A DNA stretch of 63,570 nt, filler included, from Bdellovibrionota bacterium (GTDB lineage Bacteria; Bdellovibrionota; Bdellovibrionia; Bdellovibrionales; JAEYZS01): assembly GCA_963169515.1 (NCBI GenBank). It is 4 parts of 4 records of this genome, joined end to end, with 100 filler letters (N's around TTAATTAATTAA, not from the genome) between each part and the next. Parts side by side here need not be neighbours in the genome. Positions count along the whole stretch, not along the records: positions 1 to 24,660 come from CAUJEF010000023.1; 3 more parts are not named here. The stretch is one strand, 5' to 3'. Of this stretch, positions 1 to 11,184 are shown piece by piece; within the stretch, counting starts at the first letter, position 1; the number at the start of each line of letters is the position of its first letter. A program made the translations under genes and the position numbers. The notes under the pieces were generated by a model, which worked only from the letters and a program-made list of their open reading frames with translations, was not told the DNA's origin and did no database searches.

Positions 1-282
1 GCCCGCCCAAGCCTCTACATACAGGCGCCCATTTTCTTCACGCGCTTCAATACCTAAAAACCGTCGCAAACATATTACCAGACCCTTGATCCCTGCATCA
101 GGAACAATGACGTTTGTGCCGCCGCTGATAATTGTTATACCCAGTCGATGTTCGCGGGCATACGCCACTGCAGATTTAAGCTCTTCCAAGGAGCTTGGTT
201 CACAAAAATGCTCTGCTGGTCCACCGACCCTCATGGACGTATATTTGCTGAGTGATATGTCTTTTTTAATTTCCATATTCAT
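1..282 (-). CDS. murB: UDP-N-acetylenolpyruvoylglucosamine reductase, N-terminal part (runs off window)
   Basis: Manual translation MNMEIKKDISLSKYTSMRVGGPAEHF...ISGGTNVIVPDAGIKGLVI matches the MurB N-terminus; ATGA overlap with the murC stop. Confidence 0.9.
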   Translation of the reverse strand, partial: MNMEIKKDISLSKYTSMRVGGPAEHFCEPSSLEELKSAVAYAREHRLGITIISGGTNVIVPDAGIKGLVICLRRFLGIEAREENGRLYVEAWAG

Positions 283-1628
283 TTTTGAAGCTCAGCCAAT
301 ACTTGCCTACCAAATTTATATATATCTCCTGCACCCAGTGTAAGAAAAATATCACCTGACTTTAGATTTTTCTTAAATTCACTCGCTTGAAATGCGTTCC
401 TGTCCACATAATGCGCAGACGGATGCTTAATGTCTTTTAATAACGCTTTGGCTGTAATACCTTCAATAGGTTTTTCGCTGGCGGCATAGATGTCCCAGAC
501 ATAAAGCTCGTCACAATTTACAAACGCTGTTAAAAAGTCATTCCACGAATCTTTTGTCCTGGAAAATCTGTGCGGCTGAAATGCGACTACAATGCGATGG
601 GCTTTATACTTTTCCCGAAATGCTTTCAACACTGCCCTTATTTCTGTCGGATGATGTCCATAGTCATCATAGCATCTTATATTGTCAGCACTTCCAATCA
701 ATTGCATCCGACGATCAACACCAGAAAATTGCTCAACTCCCTCGATACACTTGATTAAATCAATCCCGCAGCTTTGGCCAACAATGATCGATGCCAGTGC
801 GTTCAGGGCATTGTGGTCTCCATAAACGCGCAACTGAAAACTGCCAATTTTATTGCCATGAAACCAAATTCCAAATTTTTCATCCTCTTTTTTTAAGATA
901 TAATCATTCGACGGATCAAACCCGTAAAAGATCATTTTTTTATCAAAATTTTGAAATATTTTTTTTGTTTCCGGATCATCACCGTTTACGACACATACAC
1001 CATAAAACGGGGTCTTTTTTGCAAACTCTAAAAATGCCATCCGTACATTGTCGATGGAACGATAGTGATCCAAATGATCGTTATCAATGTTTGTAATAAC
1101 CGATATCTCTGGTTGCAGCTTTAAAAAACTGCCATCACTTTCATCTGCCTCACCAATCAACCAAACCCCAGCCCCCAATTTCGACGTACTTTTAATCAAA
1201 TCCAATCGCCCGCCCACAACTACGGTGGGATCTAGATCTGCGTGAATGAACACTGACGCCAACATACTTGTCGTTGTGGTCTTCCCGTGAGTTCCCGCGA
1301 CGGCAATCCCACGCTTTAGGCGCATCACTTCCGCTAAAACTTCGGCGCGCGGGATGATCGGAATCTTTCTTTGCCTTGCTGCTTGAATTTCAGGGTTACT
1401 ATTTGGGATGGCGCTAGAATATACAACAACATCAACATCGCCCACATTGTTAGTAGTATGTCCTTTAAAAATTTTTATCCCAAGTGATTCTAGACGATGT
1501 GTTTGGTCATTTTCAGACTGATCGCTGCCCGTAATCGACGCGCCCATATTCAATAACAACTCGGCAAGCCCGCTCATGCCTATCCCACCGATACCGATAA
1601 AATGAAATTTCGAATGAGTAAGTCTCAT
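279..1628 (-). CDS. murC: UDP-N-acetylmuramate-L-alanine ligase
   Basis: GIGGIGMSG, GTHGKTTT, EADESD, DDYGHHPTE motifs; dcw context. Confidence 0.97.
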   Translation of the reverse strand: MRLTHSKFHFIGIGGIGMSGLAELLLNMGASITGSDQSENDQTHRLESLGIKIFKGHTTNNVGDVDVVVYSSAIPNSNPEIQAARQRKIPIIPRAEVLAEVMRLKRGIAVAGTHGKTTTTSMLASVFIHADLDPTVVVGGRLDLIKSTSKLGAGVWLIGEADESDGSFLKLQPEISVITNIDNDHLDHYRSIDNVRMAFLEFAKKTPFYGVCVVNGDDPETKKIFQNFDKKMIFYGFDPSNDYILKKEDEKFGIWFHGNKIGSFQLRVYGDHNALNALASIIVGQSCGIDLIKCIEGVEQFSGVDRRMQLIGSADNIRCYDDYGHHPTEIRAVLKAFREKYKAHRIVVAFQPHRFSRTKDSWNDFLTAFVNCDELYVWDIYAASEKPIEGITAKALLKDIKHPSAHYVDRNAFQASEFKKNLKSGDIFLTLGAGDIYKFGRQVLAELQK

Positions 1629-2686
1629 ACCAATGCCTTTATAACAAACGCTGCCATTTTTTCTGCCGCATCCGCTTTGTGGAATTTTACTATATTTTGC
1701 TCCATTTGACTGAGTAAATGCCTTTCGTTTTTAAGCTTTAAAACCATATTTTTAAAATATTCTGGAGTAAAACTTTTTTGTTCGCACATCATCGCGGCGC
1801 CAGATGCAACCAATTTTTCTGCATTTCGCAATTGATGCTGGTCAGTTGCGTAAGGAAACGGAATAAAATGCGCAGCCTTTCCACAGGCCGCCATTTCGGC
1901 GATCGTGCTTGCGCCAGCCCTGCAGAAAATGACATCCGCCCAATCGTAGTAATCCTTTATGGGGTCAAGATATTCAAACACTTTCACAGGGGACCCAACT
2001 CGAACCTTTGCACTGATAGTTTGAAAATCCATTTTGCCCGTCTGGTGCACGAACTCGATTCCATTTGTCCAAGATGAATCTTGTAGTGCCTCGGCAACCG
2101 TCGCATTAATTCCGTGTGCCCCTTGGCTTCCACCAAAAATCAAAACATGGAACGCGCTATTTTTCTTTGGTGGAGATTTTTTCATTTCTGAACGCACAGG
2201 AAACCCTATTTGATTAATATTTTCTGATTTAAAAAAATTCTTTGCACCATCAAACGTCACAAATGAATTTCGAACAAACATGGAAAGAATTCTATTCGTA
2301 ATCCCAGGATGAGCGTTGGATTCGAACAGGGCTGTTTTTTTCCCGACTAAAGCAGCCAAAAGTGTCATGGGCCCAGACGCATAGCCACCAAAACCAAATA
2401 CAAACTGTGGTTTGATGGAAAAGAGAATTCTAAAACATTTAAAAATAACGACCGGAACGCGAACTAGCACTTGCAGCCTGTGAAGAATCGAAGTTTGCAA
2501 CAACCCACCGATAGGAATCAGGTGGAGTGGATATTTTTTTACCATTCGTGCCTCTAGTCCGTAAGGTGATCCCACAAAATGGATTTCAATGTTCGGGTCG
2601 ATCTTTTCAATAGCATTTGCAACGCTTAGAGCAGGGTAAAGATGTCCGCCCGTACCTCCACCCGTTATGATAATTTTCTTTTTCAA
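1625..2686 (-). CDS. murG: Lipid II GlcNAc transferase
   Basis: GGGTGGH, GGSQGA, RAGAST, HQLRNA motifs. Confidence 0.97.
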   Translation of the reverse strand: MKKKIIITGGGTGGHLYPALSVANAIEKIDPNIEIHFVGSPYGLEARMVKKYPLHLIPIGGLLQTSILHRLQVLVRVPVVIFKCFRILFSIKPQFVFGFGGYASGPMTLLAALVGKKTALFESNAHPGITNRILSMFVRNSFVTFDGAKNFFKSENINQIGFPVRSEMKKSPPKKNSAFHVLIFGGSQGAHGINATVAEALQDSSWTNGIEFVHQTGKMDFQTISAKVRVGSPVKVFEYLDPIKDYYDWADVIFCRAGASTIAEMAACGKAAHFIPFPYATDQHQLRNAEKLVASGAAMMCEQKSFTPEYFKNMVLKLKNERHLLSQMEQNIVKFHKADAAEKMAAFVIKALV

Positions 2687-2714
2687 TCAAACTCCAATTG
2701 CACGCCAAGCAAAC

Positions 2715-3815
2715 CTATTTGGCCCTATTAAATGTTCGGTCGATATTTAATAACAAGCCAAAAAGGATACTCACTGCGATTAAGGAGCTGCCACCATAAC
2801 TTAAAAAAGGAAGCGTAAGCCCCTTTGTCGGTAAAAGTCCTAAAACAACTCCCATATTGATAAGAACCATCACCGTGAAAACAACGCTCAAACCGATTGC
2901 CACACATTGCGCATATTTGTCCTTCACCTTGGTTCCAATCTGAAAGGATCTAACCATCAGTGCCCCGTACAAAATCATCACGAAGAACACCCCAATAAAT
3001 CCCGTTTCCTCACCCAGTACGCTGAAGGCAAAATCTGTGTGAGCTTCAGGCAAAAAAAACAGTTTTGACTGACCCTGTCCCAATCCCGTTCCAAATAGGC
3101 CGCCTGAATAAAAACTTAAGAGGCTTTGAATTACCTGATAGCCACCTTTTTCAGGGTCAGACCATGGATCCAAATACGACATAAAACGAGCTCGGCGATA
3201 GTCCACAGTCATTACAAGAAAATAAAATGCCGCAACAGTGGATACAGAGCCAAATATTATATAACGCCATTTCATTCCAAAAATAAAAAGCAAGGTAACT
3301 AAAACAAAAATGGATACAGCGAAACTTCCAAAATCAGGCTGCTTTAGCAATAAAAAAATGGGTAGCAAAAACAAAATTAATTTTATCCAAGATGTTTTGG
3401 AGTCTGATTTAAAAATAATATTGGCAAGCATAAACGGCAAAAATATTTTCAATAGCTCGGATGGCTCCAAACGAACCCCCGCTGGTCCCTGTAGCCATCG
3501 ACTCGCCCCACCCATGCGGACGCCAATTCCCGGAATCAACGTCAAAATGATAAGTGCCAAAATACAAACCCAAATCACTGGTGATAATTTTTTAACCCAA
3601 CTAAAAGGGATAAACGCAACTAAAAAAAGAGCCATGATCGCACAGGTCGTGAACAAAAGTTGTTTTTTGAAAAACAAAAGGCCATCGCCAAAGGATTCGG
3701 TCGCAAAAATAAAGCTCGATGAATACACTAAAACTAACCCGATGCCCATCAATGTAAACAAAATTAAAACCATAGGTTTATTTAAGTCGGACAATGCTGG
3801 GCGGTTTGATTTCAT
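2715..3815 (-). CDS. ftsW: SEDS peptidoglycan polymerase FtsW
   Basis: Multi-TM; GASRW, QPDFG, LPEAHTDF, LPFLSYGGSS. Confidence 0.96.
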   Translation of the reverse strand: MKSNRPALSDLNKPMVLILFTLMGIGLVLVYSSSFIFATESFGDGLLFFKKQLLFTTCAIMALFLVAFIPFSWVKKLSPVIWVCILALIILTLIPGIGVRMGGASRWLQGPAGVRLEPSELLKIFLPFMLANIIFKSDSKTSWIKLILFLLPIFLLLKQPDFGSFAVSIFVLVTLLFIFGMKWRYIIFGSVSTVAAFYFLVMTVDYRRARFMSYLDPWSDPEKGGYQVIQSLLSFYSGGLFGTGLGQGQSKLFFLPEAHTDFAFSVLGEETGFIGVFFVMILYGALMVRSFQIGTKVKDKYAQCVAIGLSVVFTVMVLINMGVVLGLLPTKGLTLPFLSYGGSSLIAVSILFGLLLNIDRTFNRAK

Positions 3816-5194
3816 GAAAACTCTCGGACTAATTTTTTAAAGTATTCTCCCCTTTCTTCATAACTATCAAAAATATCGAAGCTTGGGCAGCCTGGAGATA
3901 ACAAAACGGTGTCGTTGATCCTGGACTTTTGGTAGGCGACAAGCACAGCCTCTTCAAAAGTGCCAATCAAAAATGTTTCGCTGAAATCCCCAACGTCGCG
4001 GTTAATGCGCTCCTTGGCTTCCCCGACCAAAATCAAGCTTTTTACTTTTTGGCGAATCGGATCCTGCAAGTGTTTGAAATCCAAATTCGAATCCTTACCC
4101 CCCATAATTAGGATTAGGTTCTCGTCAAAACAGGCTAACGCACGTTTAACAGCGTGAACATTGGTCGCCTTAGAATCATTGTAGAAATAAACACCACCCG
4201 CTTTGCGAACATATTCAATCCTATGTGGAAGTCCTGGAAATGTGTCGATCACGTGTTGGATAGCCTCTGGCTTTGCCCCAAAATCACGAGTTGTCAAAAT
4301 TGCGGCCATTATGTTTTCCGCCGAATGCATACCCTTCATTTTCATATTCGCAATTGAATAGGTTTCGATTTCTGGACCTACACGCACCTTAATTTGCTTT
4401 CCGAGAAGGACCGCGCCACCAATATTCATGATCTGAGGTTCAAGGGTTTGCTTGCGTGAGAAATAAAAAATTCGTCCTCGCTGAACAACCGGATCCCGCG
4501 CAAGATCGACGACGCGATTATCGTCAGCATTGAGCACACTGGTTGTATTTTGATTCGTATTTTTAAATATTTTTCTTTTTGCACTTACATATTCTTCCAT
4601 TGAACGATAACGGTCCAAATGGTTTTCACCTATGTTCATGAACACAATGTTTTTAGGCGTAAATTCAACAACGTGTTCTAACTGAAAGCTTGAGGCCTCA
4701 CAAATGACCACGTCCGCTTTTTGATCTTGGGGCAATAACGCGTATTCTATTAACGGCGTTCCAAAGTTCCCACCTAGCCAGACCTTAATTCCTGACTCAG
4801 TCAACATCAACTCAGCGAGCTTGCACGTCGTGCTTTTTCCGTTGGTGCCCGTCATTGCTATGATGGGCTGTTCGATAAAATGAAATGCAAATTCAATGTC
4901 ACCCGTCACATGTACGCCGTTCTTACGGGCATACTCAAATACTTTTAGCTCTGGAGAAACGCCTGGGCTAAGAACAATCATATTTTGCTCTAACATTAAT
5001 TTGGGAGTGTGCCCCCCCAAATCGTATTCAATGTCCAAACTGTCAATTTGTTCAAGCGCAGATGTTAACTCTGCTGGTGATTTGTGATCACTGACAGTGA
5101 CCTTTGCACCCTTTGCAACTAAAAATTTTGTCAATGAAACTCCCGTTCTAGAGAGCCCCACAACCATGACTTTTTTACCTTCGACTTCTAACAT
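3812..5194 (-). CDS. murD: UDP-MurNAc-L-Ala-D-glutamate ligase
   Basis: TGTNGKSTT, EASSFQL, HLDRY, NDSKATN, LSPGC motifs. Confidence 0.97.
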   Translation of the reverse strand: MLEVEGKKVMVVGLSRTGVSLTKFLVAKGAKVTVSDHKSPAELTSALEQIDSLDIEYDLGGHTPKLMLEQNMIVLSPGVSPELKVFEYARKNGVHVTGDIEFAFHFIEQPIIAMTGTNGKSTTCKLAELMLTESGIKVWLGGNFGTPLIEYALLPQDQKADVVICEASSFQLEHVVEFTPKNIVFMNIGENHLDRYRSMEEYVSAKRKIFKNTNQNTTSVLNADDNRVVDLARDPVVQRGRIFYFSRKQTLEPQIMNIGGAVLLGKQIKVRVGPEIETYSIANMKMKGMHSAENIMAAILTTRDFGAKPEAIQHVIDTFPGLPHRIEYVRKAGGVYFYNDSKATNVHAVKRALACFDENLILIMGGKDSNLDFKHLQDPIRQKVKSLILVGEAKERINRDVGDFSETFLIGTFEEAVLVAYQKSRINDTVLLSPGCPSFDIFDSYEERGEYFKKLVREFS

Positions 5195-5196
5195 AT

Positions 5197-6267
5197 TTAC
5201 CTCAATTTCAGTGTGCTAAGACATAAAACAGCTAAAATAATAGAAACGATCCAAAAACGAATAACCACCTTTGTCTCGTTTAAACCTTTCAATTCAAAAT
5301 GATGATGGATCGGAGCCATCCTAAAAACGCGCTTTCCAGTCAGCTTGAACGACGCAACTTGAGTGATAACAGATAACGCTTCAATCACAAAAATTCCGCC
5401 TAAAAAGACAAGCAATAGCTCATTATTGGTCAGCACCGCTACGATTCCAAGAAATCCACCTAAGCTCAAAGATCCCACATCACCCATAAAAATAGAGGCC
5501 GGATGAGAGTTATACCACAAAAAACCCAAGCCCGCAGCCACAAGTGCGCCTGAAAGCGGCGTCAATTCCCCCACGCCGTTGATAAAAGGAACCTGGAGAT
5601 AATTGGCAATAGTCGCATTCCCAGTCACATACGCGAATATACCCAACGTCACTACAGAAACTGTAACCGGCACAATCGCTAATCCATCTAAGCCGTCAGT
5701 TAAATTTACAGCATTGGCACACCCAACAATGACAAACGCGCCAAAAAACATATAGCCCACGCCCAAATCAAAAAATATATTTTTAAAAAATGGAACATAA
5801 AGCCTTGTTGGATAACCGTGAACATTTACCAACCAAGCAAGGACAACAAATGCAATCCCAAATTCAATAGCCAGTCGCAGCTTCCCAGGAAGGCCCTTTG
5901 TATTCTTTTTGGCAACTTTCAAATAGTCATCAATAAATCCGATGGCCCCATATAATACCGTAACCAGAAGCACAGATTGGACAAACGGGTTTGCCAAATC
6001 AACCCAAAGAAATGCGGTCACGACAAGCGACACGAGAATCAATAGCCCACCCATTGTTGGGGTTCCCGTTTTGGATTTATGAGTTTGAGGACCATCATCA
6101 CGAATTGATTGTTTCATTAAAGAAAGTTTTTTAATCAATGCAGGTCCAACCCAAATACACGTAAAGAAGCCCGTAAGAAAGGCAAGGAAGGTTCTAAACG
6201 TAATGTACCGAAAAACATTAAAAGCAGAGATGTCTTCAGCGAGCGAGTGAAAAACTTTATAAATCAT
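5197..6267 (-). CDS. mraY: Phospho-MurNAc-pentapeptide transferase
   Basis: [34 protein letters not shown]. Confidence 0.98.
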   Translation of the reverse strand: MIYKVFHSLAEDISAFNVFRYITFRTFLAFLTGFFTCIWVGPALIKKLSLMKQSIRDDGPQTHKSKTGTPTMGGLLILVSLVVTAFLWVDLANPFVQSVLLVTVLYGAIGFIDDYLKVAKKNTKGLPGKLRLAIEFGIAFVVLAWLVNVHGYPTRLYVPFFKNIFFDLGVGYMFFGAFVIVGCANAVNLTDGLDGLAIVPVTVSVVTLGIFAYVTGNATIANYLQVPFINGVGELTPLSGALVAAGLGFLWYNSHPASIFMGDVGSLSLGGFLGIVAVLTNNELLLVFLGGIFVIEALSVITQVASFKLTGKRVFRMAPIHHHFELKGLNETKVVIRFWIVSIILAVLCLSTLKLR

Positions 6268-6295
6268 TTGTGCGCGTCTTCTAATTTCAGTTCAA

Positions 6296-7708
6296 CTATT
6301 TCTCTGTCCAATCAACGGGATTCAAGTGAGGAATAACTCTTTCAAGCTTCGCGGCCCGAGACCCCTTAATAAATACGATGTCATTGGGTTGTAGCATAGA
6401 TCCCACGGAGGAGGCAAGGGAATCTTCGTAACTATTTGATAATATTAATTTTTTTGAAAAGCCAGCGGCACGAACTCCGCGCTCAAAGTTTTCAAAATTT
6501 TCGCCCATAAACCAGATCAACTCAAAATTCGCTTTTCCCGCAATCCTTCCCAGTTCTTCATGGCGTATTACCGCAAATTCGCCGAGTTGTTGCATATCTC
6601 CCAAAATCAAAATCTTTTTGCCTTCTGTCTTCAACGTACTTCCAGTTTCAATAAGCGCCTTCATACTATCTGGATTTGCATTGTACGCATCAAAGATCAT
6701 TTTTGCTTTAGATTGAAGCGGGATGACCTGGTTTCGTCCCCATGTTGTTTTGCATTTTGGAATCTGCTCCCAAATTTCCTGCGGCGTCATTCCACACCAT
6801 AAGGCACAACCAGCCGCAGCCATAAGATTATAGACATTGTGGTGACCCACAAAAGAAACCGTCGCCTTCCCTGCGGCGTCTTTTATCATACCCTCAACAA
6901 CCATCGAATCCAAAGTCTCAGACGTAACGTGTAACAAAACATCTGCTTTGTTGTTTAAAGAAAATGAAATCGCTTGCGTTGGATTTTTGCAATCCAGATA
7001 CATTTTTTTCGTCCATTCATTATCCAAATTATAAACGCGGAGCGGATTATGTTCTGGATGTCTATAGATCTCACGCTTTTCGTTGGCTATAAGGTCCTTG
7101 GAACCAAACAGTCCAATGTGGGCTTCGCCAACAACAGTTACAACAGCAATATCAGGTTCAGCGATTTTAACCAGCGTTGCAATTTCCCCAGGATGATTGG
7201 TTCCCATTTCAACCAAACAAATTTCGGTTTCTGGTCTTATATTCAATAACGTGAGTGGAACGCCGATATGATTATTAAAACTTTTTTCTGATGCTAAAAT
7301 GTCAAATTTATTTTCTAAAATATTTTTTAAGAAAAATTTTGTCGTCGTTTTCCCATTAGATCCTGTGATGGCGACGATCTTTGATTTATTTTTTTTGCGC
7401 CAATAGTGGCCGAGATTCTGTAGGGCCGTCAACGTATCATTGACCCTGATGGTCGTGACGTTTGCAGCTGGAATATCTTGGCTAATCAAAATGGCTCCGG
7501 TCTTTTTTTCGAGAGCTTTCGAAATAAAATTATGGCCTTTAAAATTCTCCCCATCTAAAGGGATGAAGATCTCACCTGGGTTTAGCGTTCGCGTGTCTGT
7601 GGATATCGAAGGAAATTCCTTGGCAACTTCTTTTAAAAGTTTTCCCTGGGTTCCTTGTAACAGATCTTTGACGGTGAACATTCTTAAAAGGTACGCCGCA
7701 CCCTTCAT
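6296..7708 (-). CDS. murF: UDP-MurNAc-tripeptide D-Ala-D-Ala ligase
   Basis: TGSNGKTTTK, FNNHIGVP, DAYNANPDSM, KGSR; TAATG overlap with murE stop. Confidence 0.96.
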   Translation of the reverse strand: MKGAAYLLRMFTVKDLLQGTQGKLLKEVAKEFPSISTDTRTLNPGEIFIPLDGENFKGHNFISKALEKKTGAILISQDIPAANVTTIRVNDTLTALQNLGHYWRKKNKSKIVAITGSNGKTTTKFFLKNILENKFDILASEKSFNNHIGVPLTLLNIRPETEICLVEMGTNHPGEIATLVKIAEPDIAVVTVVGEAHIGLFGSKDLIANEKREIYRHPEHNPLRVYNLDNEWTKKMYLDCKNPTQAISFSLNNKADVLLHVTSETLDSMVVEGMIKDAAGKATVSFVGHHNVYNLMAAAGCALWCGMTPQEIWEQIPKCKTTWGRNQVIPLQSKAKMIFDAYNANPDSMKALIETGSTLKTEGKKILILGDMQQLGEFAVIRHEELGRIAGKANFELIWFMGENFENFERGVRAAGFSKKLILSNSYEDSLASSVGSMLQPNDIVFIKGSRAAKLERVIPHLNPVDWTEK

Positions 7709-9186
7709 TAAGTCAGCAGTTTTGTTAGAACAGTTACATCATCATAATCAATCGTATTTGAACCAATGATCTGATAAGTCTCGTGACCCTTGCCGGCAAC
7801 AAGAATCACATCACCTTTTTCTGCAACCTCAATGGCTTTTTTCATAGCCGCAGTCCTGTCTGCATCAGTAAAAACTTTTTTTAGGTCTGACTTGCTAAAT
7901 CCTAGCTTTATCGCTGCAATTATTTGATCAGGATCTTCTGAACGAGGATTATCTGAGGTAACTACAATATAGTCCGAATACTTTGCAGCAATCTGCGCCA
8001 TAATCGGGCGCTTGCCCTTGTCCCGATCGCCACCACAACCGAAAACAGTAATAATCTTATTTTTATTGCGAATATCCGCCAAACATTTCAACACGTTTTC
8101 CAACGCGTCTGGTTTGTGAGCATAATCCACAAATGCATAGAGCCCTCTTTTGTTAGCGACTGACTCTAACCGTCCTCGCACCCCCCCGTACCCCTGCAGC
8201 GCCGTAATGCATTGTTTTGCATCTGCACCCGTCGCAAGACCTGCCCCAATCGCCGACAGAGCATTCAAAATATTAAAATGCCCTGGCACGGCAAGTTCCA
8301 AAACGTCTTTCCGCCCCCGAAAGCCTACCTCAAATTTAATTCCTGAAAAATCGTGTTTCAAAATTTTGTATGTTAAATCTGAACGATCCGTTCCAAAAGT
8401 AATTTTTGTTACCCCGTTGGGAATGGAAATCTTTGCCCCATAAGAATCACCGATATTTATTACTGCAGTTTTCTCTTTTTTTTGCGAAAACTTTAAAATC
8501 TCGCCGAACAATTTATCTTTGGCTTTAAAATATTCTTCGAATGTCCCGTGATAATCTAAATGATCGCGGGATAGATTTGAAAAGATAGCAACATTCAAAT
8601 CAAGGGAGCTCATTCGATATTGATCAATAGCGTGGGAAGACGCTTCTAATGACAAGCCTTTTGCGCCCAGCTCAACAAAATCGTGCAGTCGTGAATACAG
8701 CTCTAGGCTTCCTGGAGTCGTATTATTTACATCCCAAATTTTATTTTTGAAATTGTGATTGATGGTTCCAATCACTCCCGTGGGGATGCCTAAACCATTC
8801 AGAACATGGGCGACCATATATGACGTGGTTGTTTTTCCGCTTGTCCCCGTTATCGCCGTACAAAACAGTTTTTCACTTGGATATCCGTAAAAAGCATGAG
8901 CGATTTTATCCAAAGATAATCGTGAGTTTTTAACTTGGATACACAGAGATCGCTTGTTTGTAGGAACGTCAGCCAAAGACTCCACAATAACGGCTGTTGG
9001 TTTTAATTTGAAAACTTCATCTAAAAACTGGTGACCATCGTGTTTTGCCCCTTTGACAGCCACGAATAAATCACCGCTCGATAGTTTTCTATGATCGTCA
9101 CATACGTTTTTAATTTCAAGCGGGCCAGTGATTTTTGAGTTAACTATCTGATTCTTTAAAATGTCAGTTAAATCAAGCTGTTGCAT
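7708..9186 (-). CDS. murE: UDP-MurNAc-dipeptide meso-DAP ligase
   Basis: TGTSGKTT, DYAHKPDAL, DNPR (DAP specificity), GKGHE. Confidence 0.97.
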   Translation of the reverse strand: MQQLDLTDILKNQIVNSKITGPLEIKNVCDDHRKLSSGDLFVAVKGAKHDGHQFLDEVFKLKPTAVIVESLADVPTNKRSLCIQVKNSRLSLDKIAHAFYGYPSEKLFCTAITGTSGKTTTSYMVAHVLNGLGIPTGVIGTINHNFKNKIWDVNNTTPGSLELYSRLHDFVELGAKGLSLEASSHAIDQYRMSSLDLNVAIFSNLSRDHLDYHGTFEEYFKAKDKLFGEILKFSQKKEKTAVINIGDSYGAKISIPNGVTKITFGTDRSDLTYKILKHDFSGIKFEVGFRGRKDVLELAVPGHFNILNALSAIGAGLATGADAKQCITALQGYGGVRGRLESVANKRGLYAFVDYAHKPDALENVLKCLADIRNKNKIITVFGCGGDRDKGKRPIMAQIAAKYSDYIVVTSDNPRSEDPDQIIAAIKLGFSKSDLKKVFTDADRTAAMKKAIEVAEKGDVILVAGKGHETYQIIGSNTIDYDDVTVLTKLLT

Positions 9187-9192
9187 GCCGCC

Positions 9193-9220
9193 AGAGTAGC
9201 TTAAGAGTAGAGTTTGTCAA
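9193..9220 (-). promoter_or_regulatory. Internal sigma70-like promoter for murE, probably leaderless
   Basis: Minus strand TTGACA-16 nt-TACTCT-6 nt-ATG, no Shine-Dalgarno. Confidence 0.55.
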
Positions 9221-9240
9221 GATTTAGCTGACCCACCTAA

Positions 9241-11184
9241 TTATTGTCTGAGATAAACTTTAACAGCGTCTCCCTGAGGAACAAGAGAACCCTTTGAAGG
9301 CGTCTGTTCAAATACGGTGCCTGTTCCGATCAACTTCACATCAACAGGCGCCCCATGGACCCGCTCGATGACTTCCTTCACCGTCAAACCGTTAAAATCA
9401 GGAACTTCAAACATATCTTTTTCACCATAGACCTTTCGAGTTCGCGCCAGTTTTGGTTCTGCTGTTGAATTTTCCATAACATTTTTTTGTGTCAGCAAAA
9501 CAGGGGCCATACCTGATTTACGAACCAAATAGGACGCAATTTTTGCAAATATCGGGGCGGCAACTTCAGTTCCGTAGTATCCCTTTTGAGGTTGATCAAC
9601 GGCCACGTAAATTACATACTGGGGATCTTGCGCTGGGAAAATCCCTGCAAAACTAGAAATGTAGCCGCCTTTAATGTATCCTCCATTTACGTTGTCAGCT
9701 TTTTGAGATGTCCCCGTTTTACCAGCCACAGGGAACCCGTTGATCCGTGCGTTGGGTGCCGTTCCGTCAGTTTGCGTGACTGAAGTCAGCATGAACATCA
9801 TCAGGTTGGCTTGATCCCGGGTTAAAACCCGCCGCGGTTTTTCTTTGGGGAACTCTATCGTCTCACCAGTCTCAGGGTCTTGTATCGTCTTCACAATTGT
9901 TGGAACTTTATATTCCCCACCGTTTGCAATCACTGCGTAAGCTGCGGCCATTTGTATTGGTGTTGTCGCAATACCATGACCAAAAGATACGGTTGCAAGT
10001 GTAATATCCCTCCAAGGGCGCGTAGGCATGATTCCCTTAGACTCACCCCCCAATGATATTCCCGTTTTTTCCGTAAAACCAAAATCTTTCAATCCGTTGT
10101 AAAGCGCTTCTTCACCCAACTGAAAACCTATCTTGACACTACCGACGTTGGATGATTTTGCCAAAATTTCACTCGCTGTAAGCCACCCAAAACGATGTTT
10201 TTTGTCAGCTTCTTTGATCGTTCGTTTACCAACCTTCATAAGTCCATTTTCACAAAAATACTTTGAGTTCGCATTAAGTACCTTTTCTTTTAAGCCTGTC
10301 GCGATTAAAAAAGTCTTTAGAGTACTGCCTGGTTCAAATGGATCAGTCAGCACTTTATTTCTGCGGCTATCTATTGAAAATTCATTCGGACGGTTAGGAT
10401 CAAAATCAGGCACAGACGCCATTCCAATGACTTCACTGGTTTTAGCATCTAGTATTACCCCTACAGCGCCCTGTGCATCATGCTCTTGAATTGCACTTTT
10501 TAATTCCTGTTCCAAAACATACTGAACTTCTGAATCCACCGTAAGAGTAAATGTTGCGCCGTCTGGGCGCTCTGTAAACAGGCGACCATCCACAACAAGA
10601 GGGCGTCCCCGAGCATCTCTCTGCACTTGCATTTTCTTTTGCACGCCGCTGAGTGGATCATTGAATTTTGATTCAAGCCCCTGCAACCCCTGTCCATCAT
10701 TACTGACAAACCCTAAGACCGGCGACAAAAGCGAATTATTTGGGTAAACACGCTTAGATTCATTGATCGAAGCAATTCCACGAATTTTTAATTTTTCAAT
10801 TTTTTCTTTTTCCGTGTCAGAAACATTTCTTTTTATCCATACAAATCGTTTATCTTTTTGTTTCAATGCCGCACGCAATTCAATAGCTCGTATCCCAAGA
10901 ACTTTCGAAAGAGTTTTCGCCACAGAGTTTCGATCTTTGACGATGGACGGATCTGCAAAAACAGAATGGGTCGTTACTGACGCTGCCAGCTCTTTCCCAT
11001 TGCGATCCAAAATTACTCCACGACGTGGTTGCAATGTAATGATCCGACTGAACTGTTTTTCTTTTAAATCGTGAAGCTTTTGGTTTGGCAACGCTTGGAT
11101 AAAGATTGCGCGAATTGCCAAGCCCAACCAAAGGGTCGAAAAAAGCGTTAGTATCAAAAAAATTCGACCGCGTTTGTATTCCAC
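9241..11184 (-). CDS. ftsI: Class B penicillin-binding protein FtsI/PBP3 with C-terminal PASTA domain
   Basis: RGVILDRNG; STLK, SSN, KTGT active-site motifs; VPDFNG PASTA. Confidence 0.94.
   Translation of the reverse strand: MEYKRGRIFLILTLFSTLWLGLAIRAIFIQALPNQKLHDLKEKQFSRIITLQPRRGVILDRNGKELAASVTTHSVFADPSIVKDRNSVAKTLSKVLGIRAIELRAALKQKDKRFVWIKRNVSDTEKEKIEKLKIRGIASINESKRVYPNNSLLSPVLGFVSNDGQGLQGLESKFNDPLSGVQKKMQVQRDARGRPLVVDGRLFTERPDGATFTLTVDSEVQYVLEQELKSAIQEHDAQGAVGVILDAKTSEVIGMASVPDFDPNRPNEFSIDSRRNKVLTDPFEPGSTLKTFLIATGLKEKVLNANSKYFCENGLMKVGKRTIKEADKKHRFGWLTASEILAKSSNVGSVKIGFQLGEEALYNGLKDFGFTEKTGISLGGESKGIMPTRPWRDITLATVSFGHGIATTPIQMAAAYAVIANGGEYKVPTIVKTIQDPETGETIEFPKEKPRRVLTRDQANLMMFMLTSVTQTDGTAPNARINGFPVAGKTGTSQKADNVNGGYIKGGYISSFAGIFPAQDPQYVIYVAVDQPQKGYYGTEVAAPIFAKIASYLVRKSGMAPVLLTQKNVMENSTAEPKLARTRKVYGEKDMFEVPDFNGLTVKEVIERVHGAPVDVKLIGTGTVFEQTPSKGSLVPQGDAVKVYLRQ

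Noticed and set aside
3310..3840. Long antisense ORFs over ftsW and over lpdA, E2, trxB and others
   Set aside because: Shadow frames of well-supported genes with no motifs
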